NCBI GenBank assembly: GCA_016931775.1 | Contig: JAFGEC010000238.1 | Span: 1-49,462, forward strand | Reading direction: 5' to 3' | From: Candidatus Zhuqueibacterota bacterium | GTDB lineage: Bacteria > Zhuqueibacterota > Zhuqueibacteria > Residuimicrobiales > JAFGEC01 | Length of the DNA stretch: 49,462 nt | In this document: piece by piece, positions 1 through 10,104 of the stretch | Numbering within the stretch: position 1 is the first letter of the stretch | How the letters are laid out: every line of letters begins with the position of its first letter | Program-made: the position numbers and the translations under genes | The notes under the pieces: generated by a model | Told to the model about the DNA's origin: nothing | Databases searched by the model: none | Seen by the model: the letters and a program-made list of their open reading frames with translations, nothing else

Positions 1-20
1 ATAAATTCAAAGGAAATTAT

Positions 21-1268
21 ATGTCGCAAGAAATTATTGATAAATATCTTAAAAATCCCAAAATTTTAAAAATGAAAGGTGTTGTTCATAACTACGCCTG
101 GGGGGGGCACGAGTTTATTCCCAATTTACTGGGAACAGCGAACAAGGACAAAAAACCATATGCGGAGTTATGGATCGGCGCCCATCCTAAAGGATCATCC
201 ACTGTCGAATTACAAAATACACCCATACCTATGGACCGCTTACTGACAAAGGCCGGTGAAGCAATACTCGGTAAACAGGTCGTTAAAAAGTTTTCAGGTA
301 AATTACCCTATCTTTTGAAAATCCTCGATGCCAATCAAATGCTGTCCATCCAAGTGCATCCTTCAAAGCTGGAGGCTGAACAAGGTTTTCTAGAGGAAAA
401 CCTTTCAAACATTCCCCTCTCTGCACCGGAACGTAACTATAAAGATGACAACCATAAACCCGAAGTCCACATTGCTTTAACCGACTTTTGGATGTTGTAC
501 GGATTTAAATCACCCCGTGAAATAAAACAACTACTGGAAAATACACGGGAATTTCACGGACTCGAGGTCATTTTTGGAACTGAAGATTTACCTGCCCTTT
601 ACAAAACCATCATGGAGATGCCTCAGGATCAGGTGGATTCGATTTTATATCCGATTTATGAACAATATAAAACGGATTACTATGAAGGAAAATTGAATAA
701 AAACTCGCCCCACTTTTGGGCCATCAAAGCAGCACTACAATTTCCATTAGCAGGTGGACATTTTGACCGGGGGATCTTTTCGATATTCCTTATGAATTTG
801 GTCCACATTAAACCAGGTCAGGGAACATTTCAGCCTGCGGGTGTACCCCATGCCTACCTGGAAGGCGTAACCATCGAGTTGATGGCCAATTCAGACAATG
901 TTCTGCGGGGTGGCCTAACCAAAAAGCATATCGACGTTAGAGAATTACTGGCCACGATTTCCTTTCAAACCGGTAAACCCGAAATTCTCAAGGGTACCAA
1001 AATATCGGATACAGAAAAAATTTTCAAAGTTCCCGTCAAAGATTTTCAACTCAGCCAAATTTCTATCTCCCCAAAAGTTCGACACCACAGTGCGGCCGCT
1101 CATGGACCGGACACAATCATTGTACTACAAGGCAAGATAACACTGCGTTCACTGGATGAAACTATGGATTTTTGCAGGGGTGATATTTTTATGATCCCCG
1201 CGAATGTGGATTATTCCATTACTGCATTGAACAGGGCAATGCTTTACAAGGCAACCACGCCGGTATGA
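21..1268 (+). CDS. manA: mannose-6-phosphate isomerase, class I
   Basis: Motifs YAWGG, AELWIGAHP, LSIQVHP, YKDDNHKPE, PHAYL and ELMANSDNVLRGGLT are typical of type I phosphomannose isomerase. Confidence 0.95.
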   Translation: MSQEIIDKYLKNPKILKMKGVVHNYAWGGHEFIPNLLGTANKDKKPYAELWIGAHPKGSSTVELQNTPIPMDRLLTKAGEAILGKQVVKKFSGKLPYLLKILDANQMLSIQVHPSKLEAEQGFLEENLSNIPLSAPERNYKDDNHKPEVHIALTDFWMLYGFKSPREIKQLLENTREFHGLEVIFGTEDLPALYKTIMEMPQDQVDSILYPIYEQYKTDYYEGKLNKNSPHFWAIKAALQFPLAGGHFDRGIFSIFLMNLVHIKPGQGTFQPAGVPHAYLEGVTIELMANSDNVLRGGLTKKHIDVRELLATISFQTGKPEILKGTKISDTEKIFKVPVKDFQLSQISISPKVRHHSAAAHGPDTIIVLQGKITLRSLDETMDFCRGDIFMIPANVDYSITALNRAMLYKATTPV

Positions 1269-1271
1269 TTT

Positions 1272-2009
1272 TTACAAGGGATTGGGAATATCGATAAAAT
1301 CAACATCGACATTAAAATGTTTTTGAATGATCTGACCTAATGCCCGAACGCCCAAAACTTCCGTTGCATAATGTCCCGCAGCTACAGCATGTATCCCGGC
1401 CTCTTTTGCCAAGTGCATGACTGGCTCCTTTAATTCTCCAGAATTAAAAACATCACAATCTTTTTCGATTGCTAGCGCCAACTCCCCGCTACCACCGCCG
1501 CTACAGAATCCCACACGTCGCACAAATTCCGGGCCGAAGGCAAAGTATAAAATATTTGGGGTAAAAATATTGCGGATTTTTTGCAACAATATCTCAAATG
1601 GCAATTCCGTTATTCTTCCATAAATTCCCACATTTAAATCGCCTATGTCTGTCAATTCCAAAGCCGAGGCGGCCAGAATATTATTACCAATCTGATGATG
1701 TTTGTCCAGCGGCAAATGATATGCCAGCAGTGTGATATCATCATCCAGCAATCGCTTCACTCTCGCCTTAAAACTCTTCTTTATGACACGACTTTCAGCA
1801 TCCCATAAAATACCGTGATGAACAATAATCATATCCGTCCCGCTTTGACACGCATTATCGAACAATTCCAGAGAAGCCGAAACCGCCGTTATAATTTTCT
1901 CTACTTTATCCTTCCCCTCTACTTGCAAACCTTGAGGGCAATAGTCTTTATATAATGTAACGTCTAGATACGAATCAACAAATTTGATAATATCATCTCG
2001 ATTTGCCAT
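1272..2009 (-). CDS. Nif3-like dinuclear metal center protein (YbgI/DUF34)
   Basis: DYCPQGLQVEG, IVHHG, YHLPLD, CSGGG and AGHYATE motifs of the Nif3/DUF34 family. Confidence 0.93.
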   Translation of the reverse strand: MANRDDIIKFVDSYLDVTLYKDYCPQGLQVEGKDKVEKIITAVSASLELFDNACQSGTDMIIVHHGILWDAESRVIKKSFKARVKRLLDDDITLLAYHLPLDKHHQIGNNILAASALELTDIGDLNVGIYGRITELPFEILLQKIRNIFTPNILYFAFGPEFVRRVGFCSGGGSGELALAIEKDCDVFNSGELKEPVMHLAKEAGIHAVAAGHYATEVLGVRALGQIIQKHFNVDVDFIDIPNPL

Positions 2010-2032
2010 TTATTTTCACCTGGATACCATTT

Positions 2033-3061
2033 CTAATAAACGAGTTGCACCGGCCGACCTTCGCGTGAAGATCGGTATATAGCTAAAATCAGTTCAAGCG
2101 AGCGACGGGCTTCAAGACCGTTCACAATAGGCGTCCGTTTTTCGTTTATTGCGTCGATAAAGTCCTCAAACTCACGTACAAATGGTGTAACATCAATGGA
2201 CATGGGATTTGCAGCACCGGCAGCTGTAACCTCGCCCACTCTGACTGCTTCTTCACCGCGAATATGTTTAAACGCCATTTTTTCTCCCTCTATGCACACC
2301 GTTCCCTCCGTACCGTGGATTTCCAAACGAGCAGGCAATCCGGGGAAAACAGCTGTGGTTGCCTGTACCACGCCATAGGCTCCGCTGGTAAACTCCAACA
2401 TGGCCATACCTATATCTTCTACCTCTATCTTATGATATACATTTTTGGTCTTGGCATATACGCATCGTACAGGACCCATAACAGACAGCAAAAGATCGAT
2501 AAAATGAATCCCCTGGTTGATAAAAGGGCCGCCGCCATCCAGTGCCCATGTTCCCCGCCAGGCACCACTGTCATAATAATCTTGCGATCGGTACCACTTT
2601 ATATATGCATCACCTTGAATAAGCTCACCCAACTTTTTTTGGTCAAGTAGCCTGTACAAATCCTGAACGGCATCCATAAAACGGTACTGACTCATGACAC
2701 CCAAGGTTACACCGGCTTGCCGGCATGCTTGAATGAGCAAATCCGCTTTTTCAAGCGTTACATCGATCGGTTTTTCAACAATAACATGTTTTCCCGCTTT
2801 TGCCGCCGCAACACCAATATCGGCATGCAATCCGGACGGCAAAGTGATATCCACAGCATCAATCGAAGAATCAGCAAGAATATCATTGAAATCCACCGTA
2901 AATGACAAATTATACTTTTCAGCAAATTGACGGGCTTTTACCTCATCACGTCTGCATATTGTCACGATTTTTACACCTGGTATTTGTTGTAGAGCCTTTA
3001 CGTGATGGGCTGCTACAGCACCGGCACCTATAATTGCAAAACGCGGTTTTCCGGAAACCAT
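2033..3061 (-). CDS. Gfo/Idh/MocA family oxidoreductase
   Basis: N-terminal Rossmann motif IIGAGAVA, HVIVEKP, WRGTWALDGGG.FINQGIH.ID. Confidence 0.93.
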   Translation of the reverse strand: MVSGKPRFAIIGAGAVAAHHVKALQQIPGVKIVTICRRDEVKARQFAEKYNLSFTVDFNDILADSSIDAVDITLPSGLHADIGVAAAKAGKHVIVEKPIDVTLEKADLLIQACRQAGVTLGVMSQYRFMDAVQDLYRLLDQKKLGELIQGDAYIKWYRSQDYYDSGAWRGTWALDGGGPFINQGIHFIDLLLSVMGPVRCVYAKTKNVYHKIEVEDIGMAMLEFTSGAYGVVQATTAVFPGLPARLEIHGTEGTVCIEGEKMAFKHIRGEEAVRVGEVTAAGAANPMSIDVTPFVREFEDFIDAINEKRTPIVNGLEARRSLELILAIYRSSREGRPVQLVY

Positions 3062-3410
3062 CTTTCTCCTTAACTTTTATCTCTATACAATATAAAACTG
3101 CTATATATTTAAGATTATTTTGCCAGAATGGACATCAGTCATTTTTCCCAATATAAAGTCTTTCGGATAAAAAACAAGAAAAATATACTGCCCATGCAGC
3201 TCGGTGCGATAGCCTCTTTTATGGATTTACCCCTTAAAAGTGTTTGGTTCCTACTCATTTTCCGGTTAAAACAATCCGACCTGACTATAAAAATCAAAAA
3301 CAGAAATCCATATGAGATTGTTCAATATTTACGTCTTTACTCCATTCCAAAAATGATTTGGAATATTATATAAAACTTTTAAATTACTTTATTCAATTAC
3401 AGGAGTTTGA

Positions 3411-3881
3411 ATGAGGCTTTCTGAAATTCTGTCAGAGGAGCTTATATCGATTTCACTACAGCAAACGGAAAAAATTTCAATCATCCATGAGCTTGTCGAT
3501 ATCCTTGACAGAGCTAAAAAACTTAAAGATCGTGACGCGGTTCTCGAGGCTGTTCTCAAAAGAGAAGACATCATGAGTACGGGTATGGGAGACGGTGTGG
3601 CCATCCCTCACGCAAAGACCAAAGGTGTGGATGATCTGGTTGCGGCCTTTGGAATAAGTAGAAAAGGTGTGGATTTTCAATCGATCGATCAACAACCGGT
3701 TAAACTGGTATTTTTAATGGTTTCCCCGCCTGAACAAACAGGCCCTCACTTAAAAGCATTGAGCCGGATATCCCGTCTGATGCATCGAAAAAGTTTCCGG
3801 GACCTTTTAACACAGGCAAAATCCAGCGCTCAAATAATCGATGCCATCACACAGGAAGAACAACAATATTTGTCTCAATAA
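3411..3881 (+). CDS. PTS EIIA domain protein (PtsN/fructose-type EIIA)
   Basis: RE..MSTGMG.GVAIPHAK phospho-His motif; HLKALSRISR; AGGAG RBS upstream. Confidence 0.92.
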   Translation: MRLSEILSEELISISLQQTEKISIIHELVDILDRAKKLKDRDAVLEAVLKREDIMSTGMGDGVAIPHAKTKGVDDLVAAFGISRKGVDFQSIDQQPVKLVFLMVSPPEQTGPHLKALSRISRLMHRKSFRDLLTQAKSSAQIIDAITQEEQQYLSQ

Positions 3882-3921
3882 TCCGTTCTGTCAAAACAAT
3901 AGTATAAACAGGAGAATTAAA

Positions 3922-4260
3922 ATGCCATTTTGCCCATCATGCGGATATGAATATAAAAAAGATGTAATTACCTGTCCCGATTGCCATCGGACGCTTGTGG
4001 AAAAATTGCCCGAAGAGAGACCGGTCAAAGACACCCAACTGATTTCAATTTATTCCTTACCGGGAATGGTATATGCCGAAATGGTCAAAGAGGCACTTGA
4101 AAAAGCAGGTATAAGATGCATCATTAAATCCGATGTTATGACATCCGGCCTGCAGTCAAAAGGATCACAATCTGTCGGGGGTTCCTGCCAAATCTTGGTC
4201 GACAAAAAAAACAAGAAAAAAGCCCTCGATATTTTACACACAATGGTAGATCATATATAA
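3922..4260 (+). CDS. zinc-ribbon + DUF2007-like (putative signal-transducing) protein
   Basis: Start moved to the ATG at 3922 (AGGAG RBS); CPSC...CPDC zinc ribbon followed by AEMVKEALEKAGI, typical of DUF2007. Confidence 0.75.
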   Translation: MPFCPSCGYEYKKDVITCPDCHRTLVEKLPEERPVKDTQLISIYSLPGMVYAEMVKEALEKAGIRCIIKSDVMTSGLQSKGSQSVGGSCQILVDKKNKKKALDILHTMVDHI

Positions 4261-4274
4261 TAAAGTGAAAAAAC

Positions 4275-5534
4275 ATGAAGTATAAATCGTTAACCGGGAC
4301 ACGTGACGTCCTGCCCGAAGAACAACCGTATTGGCGATATATTGAAAAAAAGATCATCAAAGTTACCTCCCTCTTTGGATTTGTACGTGTAGATCCGCCT
4401 ATTTTCGAAGAAACTGCTCTTTTTGCACGAGGAGTGGGTGAAGGGACGGATATTGTCGAAAAGGAAATGTATACTTTTCAGGATAAAGGGAAAAAATCAA
4501 TCACATTACGGCCGGAATTTACAGCGGGTTTTATGCGCTTATACCTACAGAATGGTCTTTATGTCCGCACAAAACCGGTTAAACTATACTCAGTAGGCCC
4601 TATTTTTCGTTACGAACGCCCCCAGGCCGGCCGGTTCAGGCAGCACACACAGTTTAATGTTGAAGCACTTGGAGAACAGGACCCAAGCGTTGATGTGGAA
4701 GTTTTGTCACTTGCACATCAATTATATACCGAAATTGGATTCAAGGATATAACATTTCAACTGAATAGTACAGGTTGTCCCCAATGCCGTCCCGCATATA
4801 TACAAAAATTAAGACATTATTATACGAAGCATTCCGAAATAATATGTCCTGATTGCCAACGGCGGTTAGATAAAAATACTCTCAGACTGCTTGATTGTAA
4901 GGTTGAAAATTGCCAGCCAGTAAAGGCAGGTGCACCGGTTATACGCGACCATCTATGTCTTGAATGCCAGGACCATTTCAGTGCGCTCTTACATTATCTC
5001 GATCTTTTAGATAAACCCTATTCCATCAACCATACTCTGGTTCGTGGATTGGATTATTACACAAAAACCGTTTTCGAAGTATGGGCCCAGGGTATCGGAT
5101 CACAAAGTGCCATGTGTGGTGGCGGCAGATACGATGGATTGATCGAACAATTAGGAGGACCGCCGACTCCTGGGATTGGTTTCGGTTCGGGTATCGAACG
5201 AATTATTATAAGCATGCAGGAGCAGGATATTTCACCTGAGCAGGACGCACCGCCAAGAGCGTTTTTGATTCACGCGGGAAAAGAAGCAAAAAATAAAGCC
5301 ATACAAACGGCATTTGAATTGCGTCAAAATGGATTTCCCGCATTGTTCTCTTTTACCGATAGAAGTATCAAAGCGCAATTGCGTGAAGCCAATAAATTCG
5401 GAGCACATTTTGCTGTCATTATTGGTGATCAGGAACTTGAACAAAACGCAGCGGCAGTTAAAAACCTGAAGGACGGAACACAGTCATTAATAGCTTTTTC
5501 CGACCTTTTACAATTTTTTCAAAATATAGAGTGA
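4275..5534 (+). CDS. hisS: histidine--tRNA ligase
   Basis: GTRD, TDIVEKEMYTF, LRPEFTA, FRYERPQAGRFRQH.Q, LVRGLDYY, GGGRYDGL. Confidence 0.98.
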   Translation: MKYKSLTGTRDVLPEEQPYWRYIEKKIIKVTSLFGFVRVDPPIFEETALFARGVGEGTDIVEKEMYTFQDKGKKSITLRPEFTAGFMRLYLQNGLYVRTKPVKLYSVGPIFRYERPQAGRFRQHTQFNVEALGEQDPSVDVEVLSLAHQLYTEIGFKDITFQLNSTGCPQCRPAYIQKLRHYYTKHSEIICPDCQRRLDKNTLRLLDCKVENCQPVKAGAPVIRDHLCLECQDHFSALLHYLDLLDKPYSINHTLVRGLDYYTKTVFEVWAQGIGSQSAMCGGGRYDGLIEQLGGPPTPGIGFGSGIERIIISMQEQDISPEQDAPPRAFLIHAGKEAKNKAIQTAFELRQNGFPALFSFTDRSIKAQLREANKFGAHFAVIIGDQELEQNAAAVKNLKDGTQSLIAFSDLLQFFQNIE

Positions 5535-6319
5535 AAAATCTGCGGAAAAAATCCCCTCTTTCCGGGAATCAAATCAAATCTTTTCGTAAACTCAAACAAA
5601 AAAAATTTCGCGACCTGGAAGGAAAATTTATTATCGAAGGAACAAGACTTTGCCGGGAAATTTTGTCTTTTCCCGAATATATAGAATGTTTTATTTTTAC
5701 TCACACAAATAAACACTCCGAAGCCATCCACTCATTCCATCAACTTGTTACTGAAACTCGAATCCCTGTTTTTTATACGGATTCGCAACATTTGCAGTCA
5801 CTCAGCGACACACACTCTCCTCAAGGCGTTGCTGCAGTTGTGAAAAAAAAACAAAATATGACCATCATAAATGCCAATTATCTGCTGGCACTGGATGGTA
5901 TTCAGGATCCGGGCAATCTGGGTACGATCCTGCGCACTGCCGACTGGTTTTCCATCGACGGTGTCTTATTAAGTGAGAATTCGGTCGACATCTATAATCC
6001 CAAGGTCGTTCGCAGTACAATGGGAGCAATCTTTCGACTTTCTGTGCTGGAGAACGTTCCTCTTGAAAAAACATTGGAGGAAAAACGAAAACAGGGATAT
6101 ACGGTCATTGCTGCCGTCATCACCGGTGGAATAGATCCTTCATTATTGGACAAATCGTCAAAAAAAATATTTCTCATCGGCAACGAGTCTTCCGGTATTT
6201 CCGTTTCGGAAAAATATATAGATATTAAAACGACCATTCCAAAACCAGGAAAGGGAGAATCTCTCAATGCTGCCATCGCTGCGGCAATTTTATTATATGA
6301 ATTCAACCGATATCAATGA
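5531..6319 (+). CDS. TrmH/SpoU family RNA 2'-O-methyltransferase
   Basis: IQDPGNLGTILRTA, GNESSG, ESLNAAIA SPOUT motifs; GTG start overlaps the hisS stop. Confidence 0.92.
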   Translation: MKNLRKKSPLSGNQIKSFRKLKQKKFRDLEGKFIIEGTRLCREILSFPEYIECFIFTHTNKHSEAIHSFHQLVTETRIPVFYTDSQHLQSLSDTHSPQGVAAVVKKKQNMTIINANYLLALDGIQDPGNLGTILRTADWFSIDGVLLSENSVDIYNPKVVRSTMGAIFRLSVLENVPLEKTLEEKRKQGYTVIAAVITGGIDPSLLDKSSKKIFLIGNESSGISVSEKYIDIKTTIPKPGKGESLNAAIAAAILLYEFNRYQ

Positions 6320-6326
6320 GGATTTT

Positions 6327-7124
6327 ATGAACGATCTGAAGATACAAGATAACAGCATCTTGCCGATTCCCTTTCTTGGTTTGCTCATTTTAATTACTTT
6401 TATTTTTGTGTTCGGTATTGGTGGATTGATCGCTTTACTGATCGATTCCAAAGCTTCATTGTTTGCAGAAGTACTGATTATAGTACCTGCAGTGATACTG
6501 GTTTTGGTACAAAACCGTCCGTTTTTACGCTCATTCAGAATAAAGACCATCCCGTTCTCGATCATCATTTATACTGTTTTCATCGCACTCGCTGTTTTTA
6601 TACTCGGTGATGAACTGGATAGAATTATTGATAAATTTTTTCCCATGCCGGGGGATCTTCGTCATAGTTTAGAAAATTTATTCATTATCAACAGCTGGAC
6701 CGACGCCGTCATTATTGTCTTTCCGGCGGTTATTTTTGCCGGCGTGGCAGAAGAAATGTTGTTTAGAGGTATTGTACAAAGATCATTAGAATTACAAAAG
6801 GAGCCGGCAGTGGCCATTGTCTTAACTTCAGTGGTATTTGCAATTATTCATATGAATCCCTGGGTATCTTTACAAATCACTTTTTTAGGACTGGTACTGG
6901 GTTACATGGCTTGGAAAACCGGCAGTATTTTACCTGCGATTATCCTGCATGCAATGAACAATTTATTATCGATCATATTGATAAATTTGCCTAAAGAAAT
7001 CATCGATAACTATTCCGGTGAACACGTTCATTTCAAGTGGATCGTGACAGCAATCATTGTACTTTTGGTCACTTTTCCAGCCTTTATAAAATACTGTGAA
7101 AACCGAAATAAAGAATTGTCTTAA
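6327..7124 (+). CDS. CPBP family (Abi/CAAX) intramembrane metalloprotease
   Basis: EEMLFRG, FAIIH and HAMNN motifs in a multi-TM protein; start placed at ATG 6327 after GAGGA. Confidence 0.88.
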   Translation: MNDLKIQDNSILPIPFLGLLILITFIFVFGIGGLIALLIDSKASLFAEVLIIVPAVILVLVQNRPFLRSFRIKTIPFSIIIYTVFIALAVFILGDELDRIIDKFFPMPGDLRHSLENLFIINSWTDAVIIVFPAVIFAGVAEEMLFRGIVQRSLELQKEPAVAIVLTSVVFAIIHMNPWVSLQITFLGLVLGYMAWKTGSILPAIILHAMNNLLSIILINLPKEIIDNYSGEHVHFKWIVTAIIVLLVTFPAFIKYCENRNKELS

Positions 7125-7213
7125 AATAAATTCCGCAAAATTCGTTTTTTGTGGCTATAATCGTAATAACAATGAGATAAATCGACACGAAGCTGAAGGA
7201 TCTGAATAATATT

Positions 7214-7561
7214 ATGAAAATAGTCATTTTTAACGAGGAACTGCGCTCCGAAATGCAAATGTATCTTGCACTCAGCAATCGCCATGATGTTGAAATTGCG
7301 CAAGATTTAAAGGATCTGATGCTTCTTTTGGAAGAGAACGCCGACTTGACCTTTTTAGAGTTGGATTCTGCCGCCGATAAACGACCGGATATTTTGCACA
7401 TTGCAAAACAGGTCCTTGAAAAAAATCCAAAAATCAAGGTGGTTGGAATCTGTGATCATAAAAATTCGGTCTTGCAAAAGGAAGCTGCCGACCACGGGAT
7501 TGTAAAAATACTAACCCGACCGATTAAAAATCGCGAATTACTCAAAGCAATACAAGATTAA
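7214..7561 (+). CDS. stand-alone atypical response-regulator receiver domain
   Basis: CheY-like pattern (KIVIF..., ADLTFLEL, NPKIKVVGI, ILTRPI) with degenerate catalytic residues. Confidence 0.7.
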   Translation: MKIVIFNEELRSEMQMYLALSNRHDVEIAQDLKDLMLLLEENADLTFLELDSAADKRPDILHIAKQVLEKNPKIKVVGICDHKNSVLQKEAADHGIVKILTRPIKNRELLKAIQD

Positions 7562-7570
7562 TTGAAATTT

Positions 7571-7599
7571 AAGGCTGGTACATTTACCAGCCTTTTTTT
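7571..7599 (+). terminator. intrinsic terminator
   Basis: 10-bp stem AAGGCTGGTA-catt-TACCAGCCTT followed by a T-run. Confidence 0.85.
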
Positions 7600-7617
7600 A
7601 ATGAATATATTATAACC

Positions 7618-9231
7618 ATGGAACATGAATCTGATTTTCTCATTCTCGGCAGCGGAATTGCCGGCCTTGTGTGTGCTTTAAATCTAGCCAAACATGGTTC
7701 AGTCGCTATTGTTACCAAAAAACAAAAAGCGGACTCGAACACAAACTACGCACAAGGCGGCATTGCAGCCGTCTTCGATCCGGATGATTCTTATGAAAAG
7801 CATATAAAAGACACGTTAGAAGCCGGTGCCGGTCTATGTAATAAGCAGGCGGTTGAGTTAATAGTAAAAGAGGGACCGGAAAGGGTTAATCAACTATCGC
7901 AACTGGGCGTAAATTTTACAAAAAAAAATAACGGTAAATATGACCTGGGACGTGAAGGTGGGCATCATGTTAATAGAATCGTCCACGTAAAAGACCACAC
8001 AGGAAGAGATGTGGAACGCGCTCTTATACAAGCGATCAAAAATGAACCGAAAATTAAAATATTCGAAAATCATATTGCCATTGATCTTATAACAGAACAT
8101 CATATTTTAACCCCCTCCCACTCAGGCGAAGAGAAATTAAATTGCTGGGGAGCCTACGTACTCGACGAAAAGGAAAATAAAGTCGAACGATACCTTGCGA
8201 AAGCGACCTTGATCGCTACCGGAGGATGCGGTCGTGTATATTTACATACGACCAATCCCTCTATTGCAACCGGTGACGGCGTAGCCATGTGCTATCGAGC
8301 AGGAGCTGAAATTGCCAACATGGAATTTATGCAATTTCATCCGACAACTCTTTATCATCCCCAGGCAGACTCTTTTCTGATTTCTGAGGCAGTCCGTGGT
8401 TTCGGCGGCCGGTTATTAACTAAAAATGGAGATTCCTTTACCCAAAAATATCATCCAATGGGTGATCTGGCACCCCGAGATATCGTTGCAAGAGCCATAG
8501 ATAATGAATTGAAAAAGCACGGTGATTCATTTGTGTATCTGGATATCACTCATAAGAATCCCCAAGACATTAAGGACCATTTTCCGCAAATTTATAATAA
8601 ATGTTCAAGTTTTAAAATAGATATCACCAAAGAACCGATACCCGTCGTACCGGCCGCTCATTATGCGTGCGGTGGTGTTGTAACAGATCTTAAAGGCCGA
8701 ACATGTATTCAAGGACTTTACGCTTGTGGAGAAGTAACGTGCACAGGTGTCCACGGTGCTAATCGACTTGCATCAAACTCGTTACTTGAAGCACTGGTTT
8801 TTTCCCATAAATGCGCGGAAGAGATGATCAGCTTTATTCAGTCAAATAATTTTGCCTTCCCTCCAATACCCTATTGGGACGACAGTGCAACATTCAACAG
8901 TGAAGAGTGGATACTTATATCACACGATGAATTGGAAATAAAAAATATCATGTGGGATTATGTTGGCATCGTCCGATCAATTCTCCGTTTGGAAAGAGGG
9001 CTGAGCAGAATACGCCTCATCAAGCAGGAGATCGAAAATTTTTATCGACGTACCAAAGTCACTCAGGGATTAATAGAATTACGAAATATGGCAACTGTGG
9101 CGCAGTTAATCATTCAATCCGCATGGATGAGAAGGGAGAGCCGTGGTCTGCACTATATGACAGACTATCAAAAAACGGATGATGAAAATTATAAAATGGC
9201 CACGATCATTCAGAAAAACCAATTCCAATAG
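7618..9231 (+). CDS. nadB: L-aspartate oxidase
   Basis: GSGIAGL, NTNYAQGGIA, REGGH..RIVH, QFHPT, LISEAVRG, PAAHY.CGG, GVHGANRLASNSLLE, ESRGLH. Confidence 0.97.
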   Translation: MEHESDFLILGSGIAGLVCALNLAKHGSVAIVTKKQKADSNTNYAQGGIAAVFDPDDSYEKHIKDTLEAGAGLCNKQAVELIVKEGPERVNQLSQLGVNFTKKNNGKYDLGREGGHHVNRIVHVKDHTGRDVERALIQAIKNEPKIKIFENHIAIDLITEHHILTPSHSGEEKLNCWGAYVLDEKENKVERYLAKATLIATGGCGRVYLHTTNPSIATGDGVAMCYRAGAEIANMEFMQFHPTTLYHPQADSFLISEAVRGFGGRLLTKNGDSFTQKYHPMGDLAPRDIVARAIDNELKKHGDSFVYLDITHKNPQDIKDHFPQIYNKCSSFKIDITKEPIPVVPAAHYACGGVVTDLKGRTCIQGLYACGEVTCTGVHGANRLASNSLLEALVFSHKCAEEMISFIQSNNFAFPPIPYWDDSATFNSEEWILISHDELEIKNIMWDYVGIVRSILRLERGLSRIRLIKQEIENFYRRTKVTQGLIELRNMATVAQLIIQSAWMRRESRGLHYMTDYQKTDDENYKMATIIQKNQFQ

Positions 9232-9275
9232 ACCTGGGGTAATTTTTGAGCAAAATCACCATTTTGAAAATTAAA

Positions 9276-9305
9276 GGAAACTTGTTTTCATGAAGAGACG
9301 TCTAA
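9276..9305 (+). promoter_or_regulatory. putative ECF-sigma promoter
   Basis: GGAAAC-N17-CGTCTAA, matching the (G)AAC / CGTC(TAA) pattern of ECF promoters. Confidence 0.5.
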
Positions 9306-9343
9306 CTTAAGCGGAATGTTTTACTCAAAGTCACTTTTTTTGC

Positions 9344-9372
9344 TTGATTTTTATTCATGCATTTGATAAAAT
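9344..9372 (+). promoter_or_regulatory. putative sigma70-type promoter with extended -10
   Basis: TTGATT-N17-TAAAAT, with TG one base upstream of the -10 box. Confidence 0.6.
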
Positions 9373-9455
9373 AAACTATATTGAAAGGAAAATAAATTGT
9401 GAGTAAAACGTATTCCATAAAATAACTAAAAATTTGCTATTCAGGAGGCTTCATT

Positions 9456-10100
9456 ATGTATAACAAAGTAAAAATACCCATGCTTTTACTAACAATCCTT
9501 GTTTTATCTGCATCATCTGCCTTTTCTTATACAGGTAATGTTCTTTCGCTAAATGCTGGTTATTTTAATCCTAAAGACACAAAAGGCGGAATGGAATTTG
9601 GTGTAAAACTTGGCAAGGCAGTAGACGAAGCAGTTGATATCGGATTGGGGCTGGATGTTTTTCACAAATCATACTCGGAAACAAGCGTCGTCGCTAAGGA
9701 AGTGCAAAACGGACTGCCAATTGAAAAGACCACGACCTCCATTAAGTACAGCAGAACATTACTGCCACTGAGTCTCACTGTAGATGTCAAATTACCGGCT
9801 GGCAGATATTTCGGTTACTTTTTGACTGGCGGTTTGAATTATTCTTTTTTGTTTAGCAATGAACACAACTATGAGCTCGACACCAAGGAAAACCGCACCT
9901 TCAGCGGTTTGGGCTGGCAGGCAGGAGCTGGTCTGTATTATTTTGTTGGTTCGAGATCGACGGTCTTGGCCAATATTTTCTATAACGGTAGTGAAGTAAG
10001 TCGAGGTACTAATGAAAGTATTGAAGGCTTACCCGTTACGGAACGGGTCAACATGTCCGGATTCGGCATCCGCCTTGGGATAAAAATGGATATAAGATAG
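9456..10100 (+). CDS. outer membrane beta-barrel protein (OmpW/OmpA-membrane-like)
   Basis: Signal peptide (SSAFS), amphipathic Gly/aromatic-rich beta strands, AGGAGG RBS. Confidence 0.75.
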   Translation: MYNKVKIPMLLLTILVLSASSAFSYTGNVLSLNAGYFNPKDTKGGMEFGVKLGKAVDEAVDIGLGLDVFHKSYSETSVVAKEVQNGLPIEKTTTSIKYSRTLLPLSLTVDVKLPAGRYFGYFLTGGLNYSFLFSNEHNYELDTKENRTFSGLGWQAGAGLYYFVGSRSTVLANIFYNGSEVSRGTNESIEGLPVTERVNMSGFGIRLGIKMDIR

Positions 10101-10104
10101 ATTC

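Noticed and set aside
3128-3373. 81-aa intergenic ORF
   Set aside because: No RBS or recognisable motif; lies in a divergent promoter region
6327-7124. 'Abi' family name suggesting phage defence
   Set aside because: CPBP/Abi proteases are general membrane proteases; the context is housekeeping and no defence genes are adjacent
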